A stretch of DNA of 64,000 bases from Tubulanus polymorphus. Lineage: Eukaryota > Animalia > Nemertea. The position numbers and the translations under genes are program-made. The stretch covers positions 16,400,485 through 16,464,484 of the forward strand of contig NC_134027.1 in assembly GCF_964204645.1 (NCBI RefSeq), read 5' to 3'. Of the stretch, positions 12,321-26,189 are shown one piece after another. Each line of letters begins with the position of its first letter. The first letter of the stretch is position 1. The notes under the pieces were generated by a model. It did no database searches. It had not been told where the DNA came from and saw only the letters and a list, made by a program, of their open reading frames with translations.

Positions 12321-14210
12321 ATCATAAGAAATTAATGAAATACCAGTTTCATTTATGATGAAAAAACTCAAATGAAAAGTCTGGCTTATAAACCTGTCTG
12401 CTCAGACGAAATTTTCAAAAAAATCTTCATTTTTGGCAATAAAATTGATAACTGTGATTGATCGTTGCAATTCACAATCAGTTAATCACTAATTAACATG
12501 CATTTTAATAAATCTTGATTCCTCCGTTACAGTGAACTTAGCTTTAACCTAGTAGAGGCTACTAATGTCTATTTATTAATGGATGAGACCTGTTTTTCTG
12601 GGATATTTTGCTTACTTTTTGGGATAAATACCTCATTTATGTCTTAACAGAATGCCAAAAATCGCGGACAACAACTGAATATCCGATATTATTCCAGTTC
12701 TGTACCAATTAGATGGATTGGCAAAAAGACTCCTTAAGTCCAGTTGAATGAGAGAGAAAATCCTCCATTTTGTGAAATTTCTTGAATTTTTACATTGTCA
12801 CCATGCCTACAAAATGAAGTTATTTTTCTTGTCTGATCAACATATGTTCCTTTGTGATGTAATTGATTAATCCTTTTCAACTGAAATAGCACATTCGATC
12901 AATATTCAAATGAGGTGCGCCGCATTCAACTGAATATAACGTGCGACAGATGTTTTTGTAAACAACCTAATACAATTACATATAGGCGGTTTGACATAGA
13001 TCGAGAGTAACCGGTTTTCAAAGCGTTTAAGCTTCAACGTATTTTTTGACGCCTTATAAAAGGTTACCATTATGAAACCTAAACAATGCTAACCATTCAG
13101 CGTCATTTTACAAACGACAGCCGTAAATCGATGTGCAAAACGTCACAGGTTTATGTGTACACAAACAAGCTATCTGGCAAAATATTATTGACATAGATGT
13201 AGAATGGCTTCCTGTGATCATATAATGACCTATATTTGAACGTCGAAATGTTATATTGCATTGAATATCATTAGAAGACGTATTGTAATAGTAAAGGATG
13301 TATGATTATATCAGAAGCGACAGGCATAAATAGAAATGATAAGTAAATCGGATTATTCGGTTAAATGGTGGATGTATACACGATGCGGAAGTCTGATATA
13401 AAAGTCAGACCCTGACGTGGGCATGCCGGTGGAATGACGAAGCTATCTACGATGTGTGTAGGGCAAGCGTGAATTTCATCAGCGGCTACAAGCGGTCAAT
13501 ATGAAAATGTGTAAACATATAATTTCAATATTCAAACGTTTTAGAAAATATGTTTGATATTAGGAGTATGCAAGTTTCGTGAGATTAGCAATTTATAATA
13601 GCATAGCTGTCATATACGGCTCCGTGTCCTCTGATGGCATGTGTATTAGGTGACAATTAAATTCAATTCTTTATTGATCCTTATTACATTGAAATTCCGG
13701 GATAAAATTCCCAAATTCAATAAATACAAATTTTAAAATAAATTAATACAACATACATGACACACGGGTAATTCATACAGAACAACATAAGCATGTTATT
13801 TTAAATAACAATGTCTACTTCAACCCACCCAGACTCAAGACTCTAGGATATCGAGTGACAGCCAAATCCGTGGCCCGGGCCGGCTGGCTAAGCCACACGA
13901 TATGCTCGAAGTCATGATGAAGCAGACATCAGAAGAGCTCTTTCTTCATCCATGGAGGCAATGAAGTTGCAGACCAGCTTAGAGGCATAAGTAAATGAAG
14001 TCGGTCGCAAGTTCGCGATCAATTATTGAGAATTTTCAATAAAAAAAATTTAAACCACTACTAGAGTCGAAGACCTGTATCATCTACCCAATCGCCAAAT
14101 CTCATCATTCCCAAAATTTCTTAAAACTTCGATTTCAAATTTGCAATTCCACATTAGCTTAGCCCAGAAATTCTACATTTTTTCCCCAGGCGTCAAATAA
14201 TTTTCTAAAA

Positions 14211-14858
14211 TTAATTTTCTTGTTCATTATGTGTTGAATTCCATAATTCAACAAATGTCTTTGCTTTAACCAGTTGATCTAAATATATTTTCATATCTAG
14301 TTTGTTAGATTTAATTATGTTTTCCTTCTTTTCTAAAGGCCTTAAATTTCTCCAGCTCCATATTAGCTTCTTATTATAATCATCACTCATGTCAAATTTA
14401 GAAATCGGCAACACATGATCAATATGAAAGTATTCACCATAATTATCTATATTCATTTTATCATCGATTTGATATATTATCCATGATATGAAAAATTCAT
14501 CTGAACAACCCAATAAATTAGATAGTGTTTCTGAATGCGTTTCTTTGTTGAATAATTGTGTTAATCTAGATCTTAAGCATTGTTTCAATCTAAAAGTAAG
14601 ATCTGTTTGATATCTTCCTCTCATATATTTTGCCATATAATAATCATAATGTTCTATATTATCTTCTTGGTATTGTTTGGTATATAGTTTAGTACAAGTT
14701 TTACAGCAATATTGAAAACCATCTTTGCTAATCTTACACTTACTAAATTCTGTTAAAGCTAATTTATCTAATTCACACTTAGAACACTTCTTGTAGTATA
14801 TATTTATAACACCAGTGTTATTTGTAATATTGATAGTTTGTGGTTGTTCTGATTCCAT
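14211..14858 (-). CDS. Zn-ribbon + HNH endonuclease-like protein of viral/Polinton type (about 215 aa from MESEQ)
   Basis: CSKC...CKTC Zn motif; LGCS...NYGEYFHIDHVLPISKFD...NLRPLEKKENIIKSNK HNH-like motif; intronless; ATG in AAAATGG context. Confidence 0.75.
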   Translation of the reverse strand: MESEQPQTINITNNTGVINIYYKKCSKCELDKLALTEFSKCKISKDGFQYCCKTCTKLYTKQYQEDNIEHYDYYMAKYMRGRYQTDLTFRLKQCLRSRLTQLFNKETHSETLSNLLGCSDEFFISWIIYQIDDKMNIDNYGEYFHIDHVLPISKFDMSDDYNKKLIWSWRNLRPLEKKENIIKSNKLDMKIYLDQLVKAKTFVELWNSTHNEQEN

Positions 14859-14865
14859 TTTAATA

Positions 14866-15697
14866 TCAAATTTTTTTACTAAATTGATTTCCATATTTGG
14901 AGTTATGATATTTTGATTTAAGATGGTGTGATTTATTGCTTTGAGTATAATATTTTCCACAATTACATAAAACGCTTTCATTAGGATTATATTTAAGCGC
15001 AACAAATTCATCATCTAAATTACATTGAGTTCCAACATCTTTAAATGATTTTTCATTATCTAATTCACATTGGATACCAATATTTGATGAATTTTCATTA
15101 TAGATAATTGGTTTATCATCAAAATTTAAATAATATAATTGTCTTTTTTCAATTCTTAAGTTAATCAAATTATTGTAACCTCTAGAAAGTATTAAATCAT
15201 CATTTCCTTCATTGAAAGGAGTTTCAAGAATATTTATAATTTTTTCATCTGAAGTTCCTTTATGATTTAAAACTGTATTAAATATGTTAGGATTTTTGAT
15301 TCCATTATCTATCAGTTCAATAATTAAATATGCTTCATTTGATAATATTTGATTGATTATAGAAATATTATCAATTTTATATTGTCTTCCATACACTAAA
15401 TTTGTTGCTGAGATATAATTTTTAATGTTAAATAATGAAAATATGTTATCATTATTCATATCTATAATATGGCTTTTAGATTTTAAATGTTCATTATAAT
15501 ATCTTTTATCACTGAATGTATCACATTTGTATGTTTCTTTTTCATTCTTTAATTCTTCTAATTTAGTTTCTAATATATCATCTTTATATTCTAATTTCAA
15601 TTCATTCTCTAAATGTGTTTTAGTTCTATTGTCTTGATTTTTGGGATTTTTCTATATTGATATTACATGATGGACAGTAGTACTTATTTGCTTCCAT
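14866..15697 (-). pseudogene. C2H2 Zn-finger ORF, frameshifted near 15630, sharing its N-terminus with the 32181-32507 ORF
   Basis: MEANKYYCPSCNINI... and KLEYKDDILETKLEELKNEKETYKCDT...HLKSKSH are near-identical to the 32507 ORF; the sequences then diverge. A second CxC..H..S..H motif lies near the C-terminus. Confidence 0.7.
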
Positions 15698-15929
15698 TTT
15701 GATACTAAATTTTTTCTTTAAATTGATTTTAGAAGTTCAATGATTTATATATGTATTATTTCAATCACACTTTACTAACACTTTTAATGTTTAAAAATCT
15801 AACTCATACAAATATGAATATTGAAATAATGTTTAAAATATATCTATATATCTATTCTATAAGAGCTCACACTTCTATATTGAATAATCTATCAATTTAA
15901 ATGTTATTCATGTAAATGAATATTTCAAG

Positions 15930-16118
15930 AGTAATAGGGGTAATGGGCTTTCAGGCTAAAGGTTGAAGGGGCGAGTGAGTAAAAAATGAAAATAACAATA
16001 ATTTCCAGTTGAATTAGGAGTGTGCGCGACTAATTCAACTGGAAATTATTGTTATTTTCATTTTTTTACGAGCTCGACCCTTCGACCTTTGGCCTGAAAG
16101 CCCATTACCCCTATTACT
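15930..16118. repeat. Fold-back terminus of Polinton-like element 1 (~88-bp arms, 12-nt loop)
   Basis: AGTAATAGGGGTAATGGGCTTTCAGG ... CCTGAAAGCCCATTACCCCTATTACT. Confidence 0.9.
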
Positions 16119-16149
16119 TATACTTGTTTTTAGTAAATACCTTGTGCCT

Positions 16150-17740
16150 TGGGCGATAAAACCAAAATAATGAATTGTCGCTGGCGATAAAACCAAAATA
16201 TTGAATTGTCGCGGGCGACAAATCCAAAAAATGAATTGTCGCGGCAGAAAAACCAAAATCTTGAATTGTCGTGGGCGACAAAACCAAACTAATGAATTGT
16301 TGCGGTCGATAAAACCAAAATAATGAATTGTCGCGGGCGATAAAACCGCGACAAAAAAAAATTGTTGCGGGCGATAAAACCAAAATAATGAATTGTCGCG
16401 GGCGATAAAACCAAAATAATGAATTGTCGCGGGCGATAAAACCAAAATATTGAATTGTCATGGGCGACAAAACCAAAATATTGATTTGTCGCGGGTGACA
16501 AAACCAAATTAATGAATTGTCGCGGGCGATTAAACCAAAATAATGAATTGTCGCGGGCGATAAAACCAAAATAATGAATTGTCGCGGGCGATAAAACCAA
16601 AATATTGAATTGTCATGGGCGACAAAACCAAAATATTGATTTGTCGCGGGTGACAAAACCAAATTAATGAATTGTCGCGGGCGATAAAACCAAAATATTG
16701 AAGTGTCGCAGGCGATAAAACCGCGACAAAAAGAAAAAAAAATTGTCGCGAGCGATAAAACCAAAATAATGAATTGTCGCGGGCGATAAAACCAAAATAA
16801 TGAATTGTCGCGGGCGATAAAACCAAAATATTGAATTGTCATGGGCGACAAAACCAAAATATTGATTTGTCGCGGGTGACAAAACCAAATTAATGAATTG
16901 TCGCGGGCGATTAAACCAAAATAATGAATTGTCGCGGGCGATAAAACCAAAATAATGAATTGTCGCGGGCGATAAAACCAAAATAATGAATTGTCGCGGG
17001 CGATAAAACCAAAATATTGAATTGTCATGGGCGACAAAACCAAAATATTGATTTGTCGCGGGTGACAAAACCAAATTAATGAATTGTCGCGGGCGATAAA
17101 ACCAAAATAATGAATTGTCGCGGGCGATAAAACCAAAATATTGAAGTGTCGCAGGCGATAAAACCGCGACAAAAAGAAAAAAAAATTGTCGCGAGCGATA
17201 AAACCAAAATAATGAATTGTCGTGGGCGATAAAACTAAAATATTAAATTGTCGTGGGCGACAAAAGCAAAATATTGTTTTGTCGCGGGTGACAAAACCAA
17301 ATTAATGAATTGTCGCGGGCGATAAAACCAAAATAATGAATTGTCGCGGGCGATAAAACCAAAATAATGAATTGTCGCTGGCGATAAAACCAAAATATTG
17401 AATTGTCGCGGGCGACAAATCCAAAAAATGAATTGTCGCGGCAGAAAAACCAAAATCTTGAATTGTCGTGGGCGACAAAACCAAACTAATGAATTGTTGC
17501 GGGCGATAAAACCAAAATAATGAATTGTCGCGGGCGATAAAACCGCGACAAAAAAAAATTGTCACGGGCGATAAAACCAAAATAATGAATTGTCGCGGGC
17601 GATAAAACCAAAATAATGAATTGTCGCGGGCGATAAAACCAAAATAATGAATTGTCATGGGCGACAAAACCAAAATATTGATTTGTCGCGGGTGACAAAA
17701 CCAAATTGATGAATTGTCGCGGGCGATTAAACCAAAATTA
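16150..17740. repeat. 31-bp satellite AATTGTCGCGGGCGA(C/T)AAAACCAAAATAATG
   Basis: Head-to-tail monomers with internal palindrome TTGTCGC-GG-GCGACAA. Variant blocks recur, suggesting higher-order structure. Confidence 0.95.
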
Positions 17741-17840
17741 TTGTTTTGTCGCGTTATTTTAGTTTTGTCGTTTTGTCATAATGTCGCCCTCATTTGCATA
17801 TACGTGTTTTTTTTACGCATGGCCCTTATCAGCCACCATA

Positions 17841-19132
17841 ATAAAGCCTTAAGGTCGCGTAAAACTCGATAAACACTTCAAGCGACACAGCGAACGATCT
17901 CCTTTCCCCCACAGCGAACGCTTAACCTAGTAGAGGCTACTAGCCTATGTAGGCCTATGTATATGCGTAGGCCTAATATCCGGACAGATTGGTCGTAGGC
18001 CTATTGAATTTAACAACCCACCTAAATATCGTAAATTTTGTTTTGAAGTTCAATCCAATGAGTCCGTTAATAAACACAACAATTGTACTGTGTTTGTTTG
18101 AGACAGTAAAGCTCAGTACCGGTAGGCCTAAAGCCGCGTTAAACTCGATAAACACTTCAAGCGACACATCGAACGATCCCTTTCCCCCACAGCGAACGCT
18201 TACTCCGAATGTCAATTGTGAGTCCAGCATACGGAAAGGATTATGTGTTATATACTTGTATTTAGTAAATACCTTGTGCATTTGTCAATGATCGGTATGT
18301 ACTGTAGGAAATATAGAGTATTGATGGTATTGATATAGAGGTTGAAGCCTGCGGCCGAATAAAGTAATATATTCTTTTATTTTTATACCTCGTCGACATA
18401 ACAGCTTTTCTCCGCTATATCTCTTCGGCGTGTTTAGTTTAGGCCTACGATTCCCCGGTACACTAAAGATTTATCTTAGTAAATACACGGTTAATTCGGT
18501 AAAGAAAAATAGGTATTGTTATACTAACTCCTTGAAACCCGCAGCCAAATCACTGGTAGTAATAAATTAATTTGTACTCGATTTGATATTCATGATGAGG
18601 AGAAACTCGCAGCTGATCCCCGTAACGACGATGTAGTAACACACGTCGATTCGTCGATGTTTACGGCTCGACAGTGCTTTTAAAATCTAAAGTAGTAAAT
18701 TTCCAGTGTATCGGTAATATGATTTGATGAGGAAAATGGGCTATTGTTAAAATCACTGTTTGAAGACCGCGACTGAATTTGAAGTCTGCGGATAAATTAG
18801 TTCATTTATACTTGAATTGATAATCGAAGTGACAGTCGGCCTGCGGGTTGATTTCGGGATGACGACTCGAAAAACATGTCGCCCCATTGAATGGCGCTAA
18901 ATTTTCGATGTTTACGGCCCGACAGCGCTTTTGCAACGATGATTCGTGAAAAAACACGCGGGCTATTTGTAGATCTCAGTGAGCTGAACAATATTATATG
19001 GATTGTATATGAAACAGCGGTAAGGTAACAAAGCCTATGTTCTTTTGGTAAAAATAGTGTGGAAGAAAATAATAATAATAATAATCACGCGGATATCAAT
19101 AGGGTTTTCTGTGAAATAACAGAAAACCCTAA
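17841..19132 (+). mobile_element. Helentron/HINE-like non-autonomous repeat, family A (other copies 24094-25365 and 32981-33094 joined to 47014-47555)
   Basis: Homologous copies. The end is an (AAT)n microsatellite followed by hairpin TAGGGTTTTCTGT-n6-ACAGAAAACCCTA, the typical HINE/DINE-1 end layout. The left boundary is uncertain. Confidence 0.6.
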
Positions 19133-19504
19133 ATATAGCTACAAAGCAGCGATAACGGGTTTTCTGCACAGTCTTAGAATCCTGTTCAACGGTGGATTTC
19201 AACAAAGCATTTGATAAGGCTCAACATCAGCCATTACTAAACAGGCTATTAGGAAACAGTATCAATGATAGGTCGCCCAAATGGCTCAGCAGTTATCTCT
19301 GAACGGAAACTTGTAACCGAAATCAACGGAACGCCTCATCTTGGAATGAGACGGTCTAACTAGTGGATTCACGCAAGGTAGTATCCTAAGTCGTCTTCTG
19401 TTTAATGTCCTGACAAATGACATACACAGTAATCCAAAATATACCAGACCGAGTAAATTTCCAAAACGACCTTAATACACTGTTCGACCAAAAAACTTAA
19501 TGTT

Positions 19505-19780
19505 CCGACAAAACCACGGGTGACAAAACCAAAATTATGAATTGTCGCGGGTGACAAAACCAAAATATTGAATTGTCACGGGCGACAAAACAAAAATAAT
19601 GAATTGTCGCGGGCGATAAAAACCAAAATAATGAATTGTCGGGGGCGATAAAACCAAAATATTGAATTGTCGCGGGCGATAAAACCAAAATAATGCATTG
19701 TCGCGGACGACAAAAACAAAATATTGAATTGTTGCGTGCGACAAAACCAAAATAATGAATTGTCGCGGGCGACAAAACCA
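19505..19780. repeat. 31-bp satellite array
   Basis: Same monomer as 16150-17740. Confidence 0.9.
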
Positions 19781-21905
19781 AACTAGGGGTCCAGGGACAC
19801 CATGCTCACTTGGGAAGTGGTTTCAAATGCTCAACAATCTAACAATTTCAATACATAACGCCCTCTAGTGACCATATACAAAAACCAATGACCTTGAAAC
19901 CCACCACAATCATAGAACATGTGAGCAGCTATGATTTTGTAATCGATTGTGATAACAAAATATGCCTCGTTACCAATTTAATATGGAAATACTAAGTTAT
20001 TCTACTATTCAACGCCCCCTGGTGACCATATGCAAAACCCAATGACCTTAAAACTCACCCCAATCGTAGTACATGTCATGAAATACAACTTTGCAATTGA
20101 TCATGGTAACAAACTATGCCTAGGTACCAATCTAATAAGGAAAAACTAAGCTTTTCTACTATTCAACGCCCCCTGGTGACTATATGGAATAACTAATGTC
20201 CTTAAAAACTCACCACAATCATAGACGATGTCATGAACTACAACTTTGCCATCGATCATGGTAACAAAATATGCCTTGGTACAAATATAATATAGCGATA
20301 CTAAGTTATTGTATTATTCAACGCCCCCTGATGGCCACATACAAAAACCAATGACCTTGAAACTCACCAAAATCATAGAACACGTTATGGGCTACAACTT
20401 TCCAATTGAATATAGTAACACAATATGCTTAGGTATCAATTAATTGTGGAAAAACTTTTTCCCACCTACGAATGAGTACTGATGACACCAAGATGGCCGC
20501 CAATTGCGTCATAATTGGATGATCAAAAATACCTGTCCCAGGTATAAAACTTCCCTCTCTAAAGAATATCCATCAGCAATTGCAATGAGAAATGGCAAAC
20601 CAGTAGGAAGCTACAGGACCTAGAATTCTGGCCAAAATTGACATTTTTGGGCACTAAAAAGGTCATAGGACGGCCATCTTGAGTCAGATCGACCCAATTT
20701 TCTTATGCTGATGGGCCTTTGGTAGATTCAAATATAAACGAAAGATCAAGGTAATTGATCAAAGCGTCTTCAAAATTTCCCACGAAAACTTCGAAAATGT
20801 TTAAAAAGTGCTGATTTTTGCAAACAACAATGGCTGCCAGTCGGTCATCTTGAATCTGACAGGGCCAGTTTTTGGGCTGACGATGTGTCTAGGGTAGATA
20901 CATGTACAAACCAAATATCAAGACATTACCTTGAAACGTCTTCAAAACTTTAATATGGAAATACTAAGTTATTCTACTATTCAACGCCCCCTGGTGACCA
21001 TATGCAAAACCCAATGACCTTAAAACTCACCACAATCGTAGTACATGTCATGAAATACAACTTTGCAATTGATCATAGTAACAAAATATGCCTAGGTACC
21101 AATCTAATAAGGAAATACTAAGCCATTCTACTATTCAGCGCCCCCTGGTGACTATATGGAATAACTAATGTCCTCAAAAACTCACCACAATCATAGACGA
21201 TGTCATGAACTACAACTTTGCAATGGATCATGGTAACAAACTATGCCTAGGTACCAATCTAATAAGGAAAAACTAAGCTTTTCTACTATTCAACGCCCCC
21301 TGGTGACTATATGGAATAACTAATGTCCTTAAAAACTCACCACAATCATAGACGATGTCATGAACTACAACTTTGCCATTGATCATGGTAACAAAATATG
21401 CCTTGGTACAAATAAAATATAGCGATACTAAGTTATTGTATTATTCAACGCCCCCTGATGGCCACATACAAAAACCAATGACCTTGAAACTCACCAAAAT
21501 CATAGAACACGTTATGGGCTACAACTTTCCAATTGAATATAGTAACACAATATGCTAAGGTATCAATTAATTGTGGAAAAACTTTTTCCCACCTACGAAT
21601 GAGTACTGATGACACCAAGATGGCCGCCAATTGCGTCATAATTGGCTGATCAAAAATACCTGTCCCAGGTATAAAACATCCCTCTCTAAAGAATATCTAT
21701 CAGCAATTGCAATGAGAAATGGCAAACCAGTAGGAAGCTACAGGACCTAGAATTCTGGCCAAAATTGACATTTTTGGGCACTAAAAAGGTCATAGGACGG
21801 CCATCTTGAGTCAGATCAACCCAATTTTCTTATGCTGATGGGCCTTTGGTAGATTCAAATATAAACGAAAGATCAAGGTAATTGATCAAAGCGTCTTCAA
21901 AATTT
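19781..21905 (+). mobile_element. HINE-like element with ~154-155-bp tandem repeats, internally duplicated and truncated
   Basis: AACGCCC(C/T)CT recurs at 19857, 20011, 20165 and 20320. The block ~19980-20950 repeats from ~20950. Homologous to 48241-49510. Confidence 0.7.
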
Positions 21906-21909
21906 TCTT

Positions 21910-24000
21910 CGGGCGACAAAACCAAAATAATGAATTGTCTCGTGCGACAAAACCAAAATAATAAATTGTCGCGGGCAATAAAACCAAAATAATGAATTAT
22001 CGCGGGCGATAAAACCAAAATATTGAATTGTCGCGGGCGATAAAACCAAAATAATGAATTGTTGCGGGCGACAAAACCAAAAAAAGAATTGTGGGGGCAA
22101 CAAAACATAAATAATGAATTGTCGCGGGCGACAAAACCAAAATGGTGAATTGTCCAGGCGACAAAACCAAAATGGTGAATTGTCGCGGGAAACAAAACCA
22201 AAATAATGAATTGTCGCGGGCGATAAAACCAAAATGATGAATTGTCTCGGGTGACAAAACCAAAATAATGAATTGTCGCAGGCGATAAAACCAAAATAAT
22301 GAATTATCGCGGCGATAAAACCAAAATATTGAATTGTCGCGGGCGATTAAATTAAAATAATGAATTGTCGCGGGCGACAAAACCAAAATATTGAATTGTC
22401 GCGGGCGACAAAACCAAAATATTGAATTGTCGCGGGCGACAAAACCAAAAAAAAATTGTCGCGGGCGAGTAAAACAATATATAAAACAAAAATAATGAAT
22501 TGTCCCGGGCGACAAAACCAAAAAGTAGAATTGTCGCGGGCGATAAAACCAAAATAATGAATTGTCGCGGGTGACAAAACCAAAATGGTGAATTGTCGCG
22601 GGCAACAAAACCAAACTGGTGAATTGTCGCAGGCGACAAAACCAAAATAATGAATTGTCACGGGCGACACAACCAAAAAGAAGAATTTTCGCGGTCGACA
22701 AAACCAAAATAATGAATTGTCGCTGGCGATAAAACCAAAGTAGTGATTTGTCGTGGGCGATAAAACCAAAATATTGAATTTTCGCGGGCGACAAAACCAA
22801 AATATTGAATTGTTGCGGGCGACAAAACCAAACTAATGAATTGTCGCGGGCGACAAAACCAAAAAAAGAATTGTGGGGGCGACAAAACCAAAATGGTGAA
22901 TTGTCCCGGACGATTAAATTAAAATAATGAATTGTCGCGGGCGACAAAACCAAAATATTGAATTGTCGCGGGCGACAAAACCAAAAAAAATTGTCGGGGG
23001 GGACTAAAACAAAATATAAAACCAAAATAATGAATTGTCGCGGGCGACAAAACCAAAAAGAAGAATTTTCGCGGGCGACAAAACCAAAATAATGAATTGT
23101 CGCTGGAGATAAAACCAAAGTAATGAATTGTCGTGGGCGATAAAACCAAAATATTGAATTGTCGTGGGCGACAAAACCAAAATATTGAATTGTCGCGGGC
23201 GACAAAACCAAACTAATGAATTGTCGCGGGCGACAAAACCAAAAAAAGAATTGTCGCGGGCGACAAAACCAAAATAATGAATTGTCGCGGGCGATAAAAC
23301 CAAAATAATGAATTGTCGCGGGCGATAAAACCAAAATAATGAATTGTCGCGGGCGATAAAACCAAAATAATGAATTGTCGCGGGTGACAAAACCAAAATG
23401 GTGAATTGTCGCGGGCGACAAAACCAAAATGGTGAATTGTCGCGGGCGACAAAACCAAAATGGTGAATTGTCGCGGGCGACAAAACCAAAATAATGAATT
23501 GTCGCCAGCGATAAAACCGTAATAATGAACTGTCGCCGGCCATAAAACCAAAATAATGAATTGTCTCGGGCGACAAAACCAAAATAATGAATTATCGCGG
23601 GCGATTAAACCAAAATATTGAATTGTCGCGGGCGATAAAACCAAAATATTGAATTGTCGCGGTCGACAAAACAAAAACAAAAATTGTTGCGGGCGACAAA
23701 AACAAAATATAAAACCAAAATAATGAATTGTCGCGGTCGACAAAACCAAAAAGAAGAATTGTCGCGGGCGACAAGACCAAAATAATGAATTGTCGCTGGC
23801 GATAAAACCAAAGTAGTGAATTGTCGTGGGCGATAAAACCAAAATATTGAATTTTCGCGGGCGACAAAACCAAAATAATGAATTGTCGCAAGGGATAAAA
23901 CCAAAATAATGAATTGTCGCGGGCGATAAAACCAAAATATTGAATTGTCGCGTGTGACAAAACCAAAATAATGAATTGTCGCGGGCGACAAAATCAAAAT
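21910..24000. repeat. 31-bp satellite array
   Basis: Same monomer; ends in the same unique flank as the 16150-17740 array (ATGTCGCCCTCATTTGCAT...CAGCCACCATA). Confidence 0.95.
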
Positions 24001-24607
24001 CATTGTTTTCTCGCGTTATTTTAGTTTTGTCGTTTTGTCGTAATGTCGCCCTCATTTGCATATTCGTGTTTTTTTAATCTTATCAGCCACCATACTAAAG
24101 CCTTAAGGTCGCGTAAAACTCGATAAACACTTCAAGCGACACAGCGAACGATCTCCTTTCCCCCACAGCGAACGCTTACTCCGAATGTCAAGTGTGAGTC
24201 CAGCATACGGATAGGAGTGTGCTATATACTTGTATTTAGTAAATACCTTGTGCATTTGACAATGATCGGTATGTACTGTAGGAAATATAGAGTATTGATA
24301 AATGGTTGAAGCCCGCGGCCGAATAAATATATTCTTTTATTTTGATACCTCGTCGACATAACAGCTTTTCTCCGCCATATCTCTTCGGCCTGTTTAGTTT
24401 AGGCCTACGATTCCCCGGTACACTAAAGATTTATCTTAGTAAATACACGGTTAATTCGGTAAAGAAAAATTGGTAATGTTAAACTAACTCCTTGAAACCC
24501 GCCGCCAAATCACTGGTAGTAATAAATTAATTTGTACTCGATTTGATTCTCATGATGAGGAGAAACTCGCAGCTCATCCCCGGAACGTCGATGTAGTAAC
24601 ACACGTC

Positions 24608-24816
24608 AGTAATAGGGGTAATGGGCTTTCAGGCCAAAGGTCGAACGGTCGAGCTCGTAAAAAATGAAAAAACATAAAAATAATAACAATTTCTACTTGA
24701 ATTACTCGCGAAACTCATAAAAATGAAAAATAAATTCGAGTGTGTGAGAATTTATTTTTCATTTTCTACTCGCTAGAAAAAGTGTGAGTAAAGTGTGAGT
24801 GAAATGGTTTAAGTAT
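24608..24816. mobile_element. Isolated terminal fragment of the Polinton-like family inserted in repeat A
   Basis: Starts AGTAATAGGGGTAATGGGCTTTCAGGCCAAAGGTCGAA and has an internal hairpin at ~24720-24766. Repeat A is interrupted at 24607 and resumes at 24817 with about 43 bp missing. Confidence 0.8.
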
Positions 24817-26189
24817 AGTAGTAAATTTCCAGTGTATCGGTAATATGATTTGATGAGGAAAATGGGCTATTGTTAAAATCACAGTTTGAAGACCGCGACT
24901 GAATGTGAAGTCTGCGGCAATAAATTAGTTCATTTATACTTGAATTGATAATCGAAGTGACAGTCGGCCTGCGGGTTGATTTCGGGATGACGACTCGAAA
25001 AACATGTCGCCCCATTGAATGGGGCTAAATTTTCGATGTTTACAGCCCGACAGCGCTTTTGTAACGATGATTCGTGAAAAAAACACGCGGGCTATTTGTA
25101 TATCTCAGTGAGCTGAACGATATTATATGGATTGTATATGAAACAGCGGTAAGGTAACAAAGCCTATGTTCTTTTGGTAAAAATAGTGTGGAAGAAAATA
25201 ATAATAATAATAATCACGCGGATATCAATAGGGTTTTCTGTGAAATTACAGAAACCCTAATAATAATCACGCGGATATCAATAGGGTTTTCTGTGAAATA
25301 ACAGAAAACCCTAATAATCACGCGGATATCAATAAGGTTTTCTGTGAAATAACAGAAAACCCTAAATATACTGCGACAGGTGGTTTTGCTAAGTCATTAA
25401 AAATCAAGATCAAAAGCGTCTAAGGATACAATTATTCCGATTTTGGAGAGAGAAGTCATAAAGAATGAATAAATTAATGAAGATTAAAAAATCGGAAGTA
25501 ATAAACTAACAGTTTAAAAGCGGAAGCACCCGTCGCGATAAAATGAAGATTTAAATAAATTACAAAATCATTATGAAACACGAAACGAAAAGAAACAAAT
25601 GCCACCGTTGATGTATTCACGTACAAATTGTAGAATGAGAATAGAAAATTTAATTGAATACAAGTCACGAGAAGAGCAAAGAGATTTAGACAATCAATCC
25701 GGGGCTTGAAATAAAGAAACTGCTTAAAATGAATAAACTCGAATGCAAGATCTTTGCTTTCGAATAATTTGTTAATTACAAGGTAGACCTAAGGTTCATA
25801 TAAATCTATATTTTTGAATTTTGAAATCAGGGGATCTAAAAATAGTATTCATCATTAGCGGGACGTCGATTCAGCAATTAATTTTTCAGGGAAGAGCCGA
25901 TCAGCCATCCAGAAAGGGAATGCGTGAGTGTCGCAAAAAAGTATCTCATTGGTAATTAAAGTTGAATAATAACATGTACGTTGTTTTCTGAATACCAAAA
26001 GATTCTTAATTTGTGTTCTGTCTACTTAATTGCGGAAATCCGATGTATTTGCAGTACTGGGAACAATAAAGTATTGAATAAAGTAACAATTAAGTATATA
26101 TGACGAGTATCAATAAAGTATATTTGAACTTGAATTTGAGCCCACTAGGTGGTGGTATTAGAAGACACCAGGTGGTTCGATCAACTTAA

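Noticed and set aside
16035-24061. Long minus-strand ORFs (up to 476 aa) and CRISPR-like periodicity, also at 47.9-50.3 kb
   Set aside because: They are translations of a 31-bp head-to-tail satellite in all three frames. There are no unique spacers or cas genes, and the context is eukaryotic.
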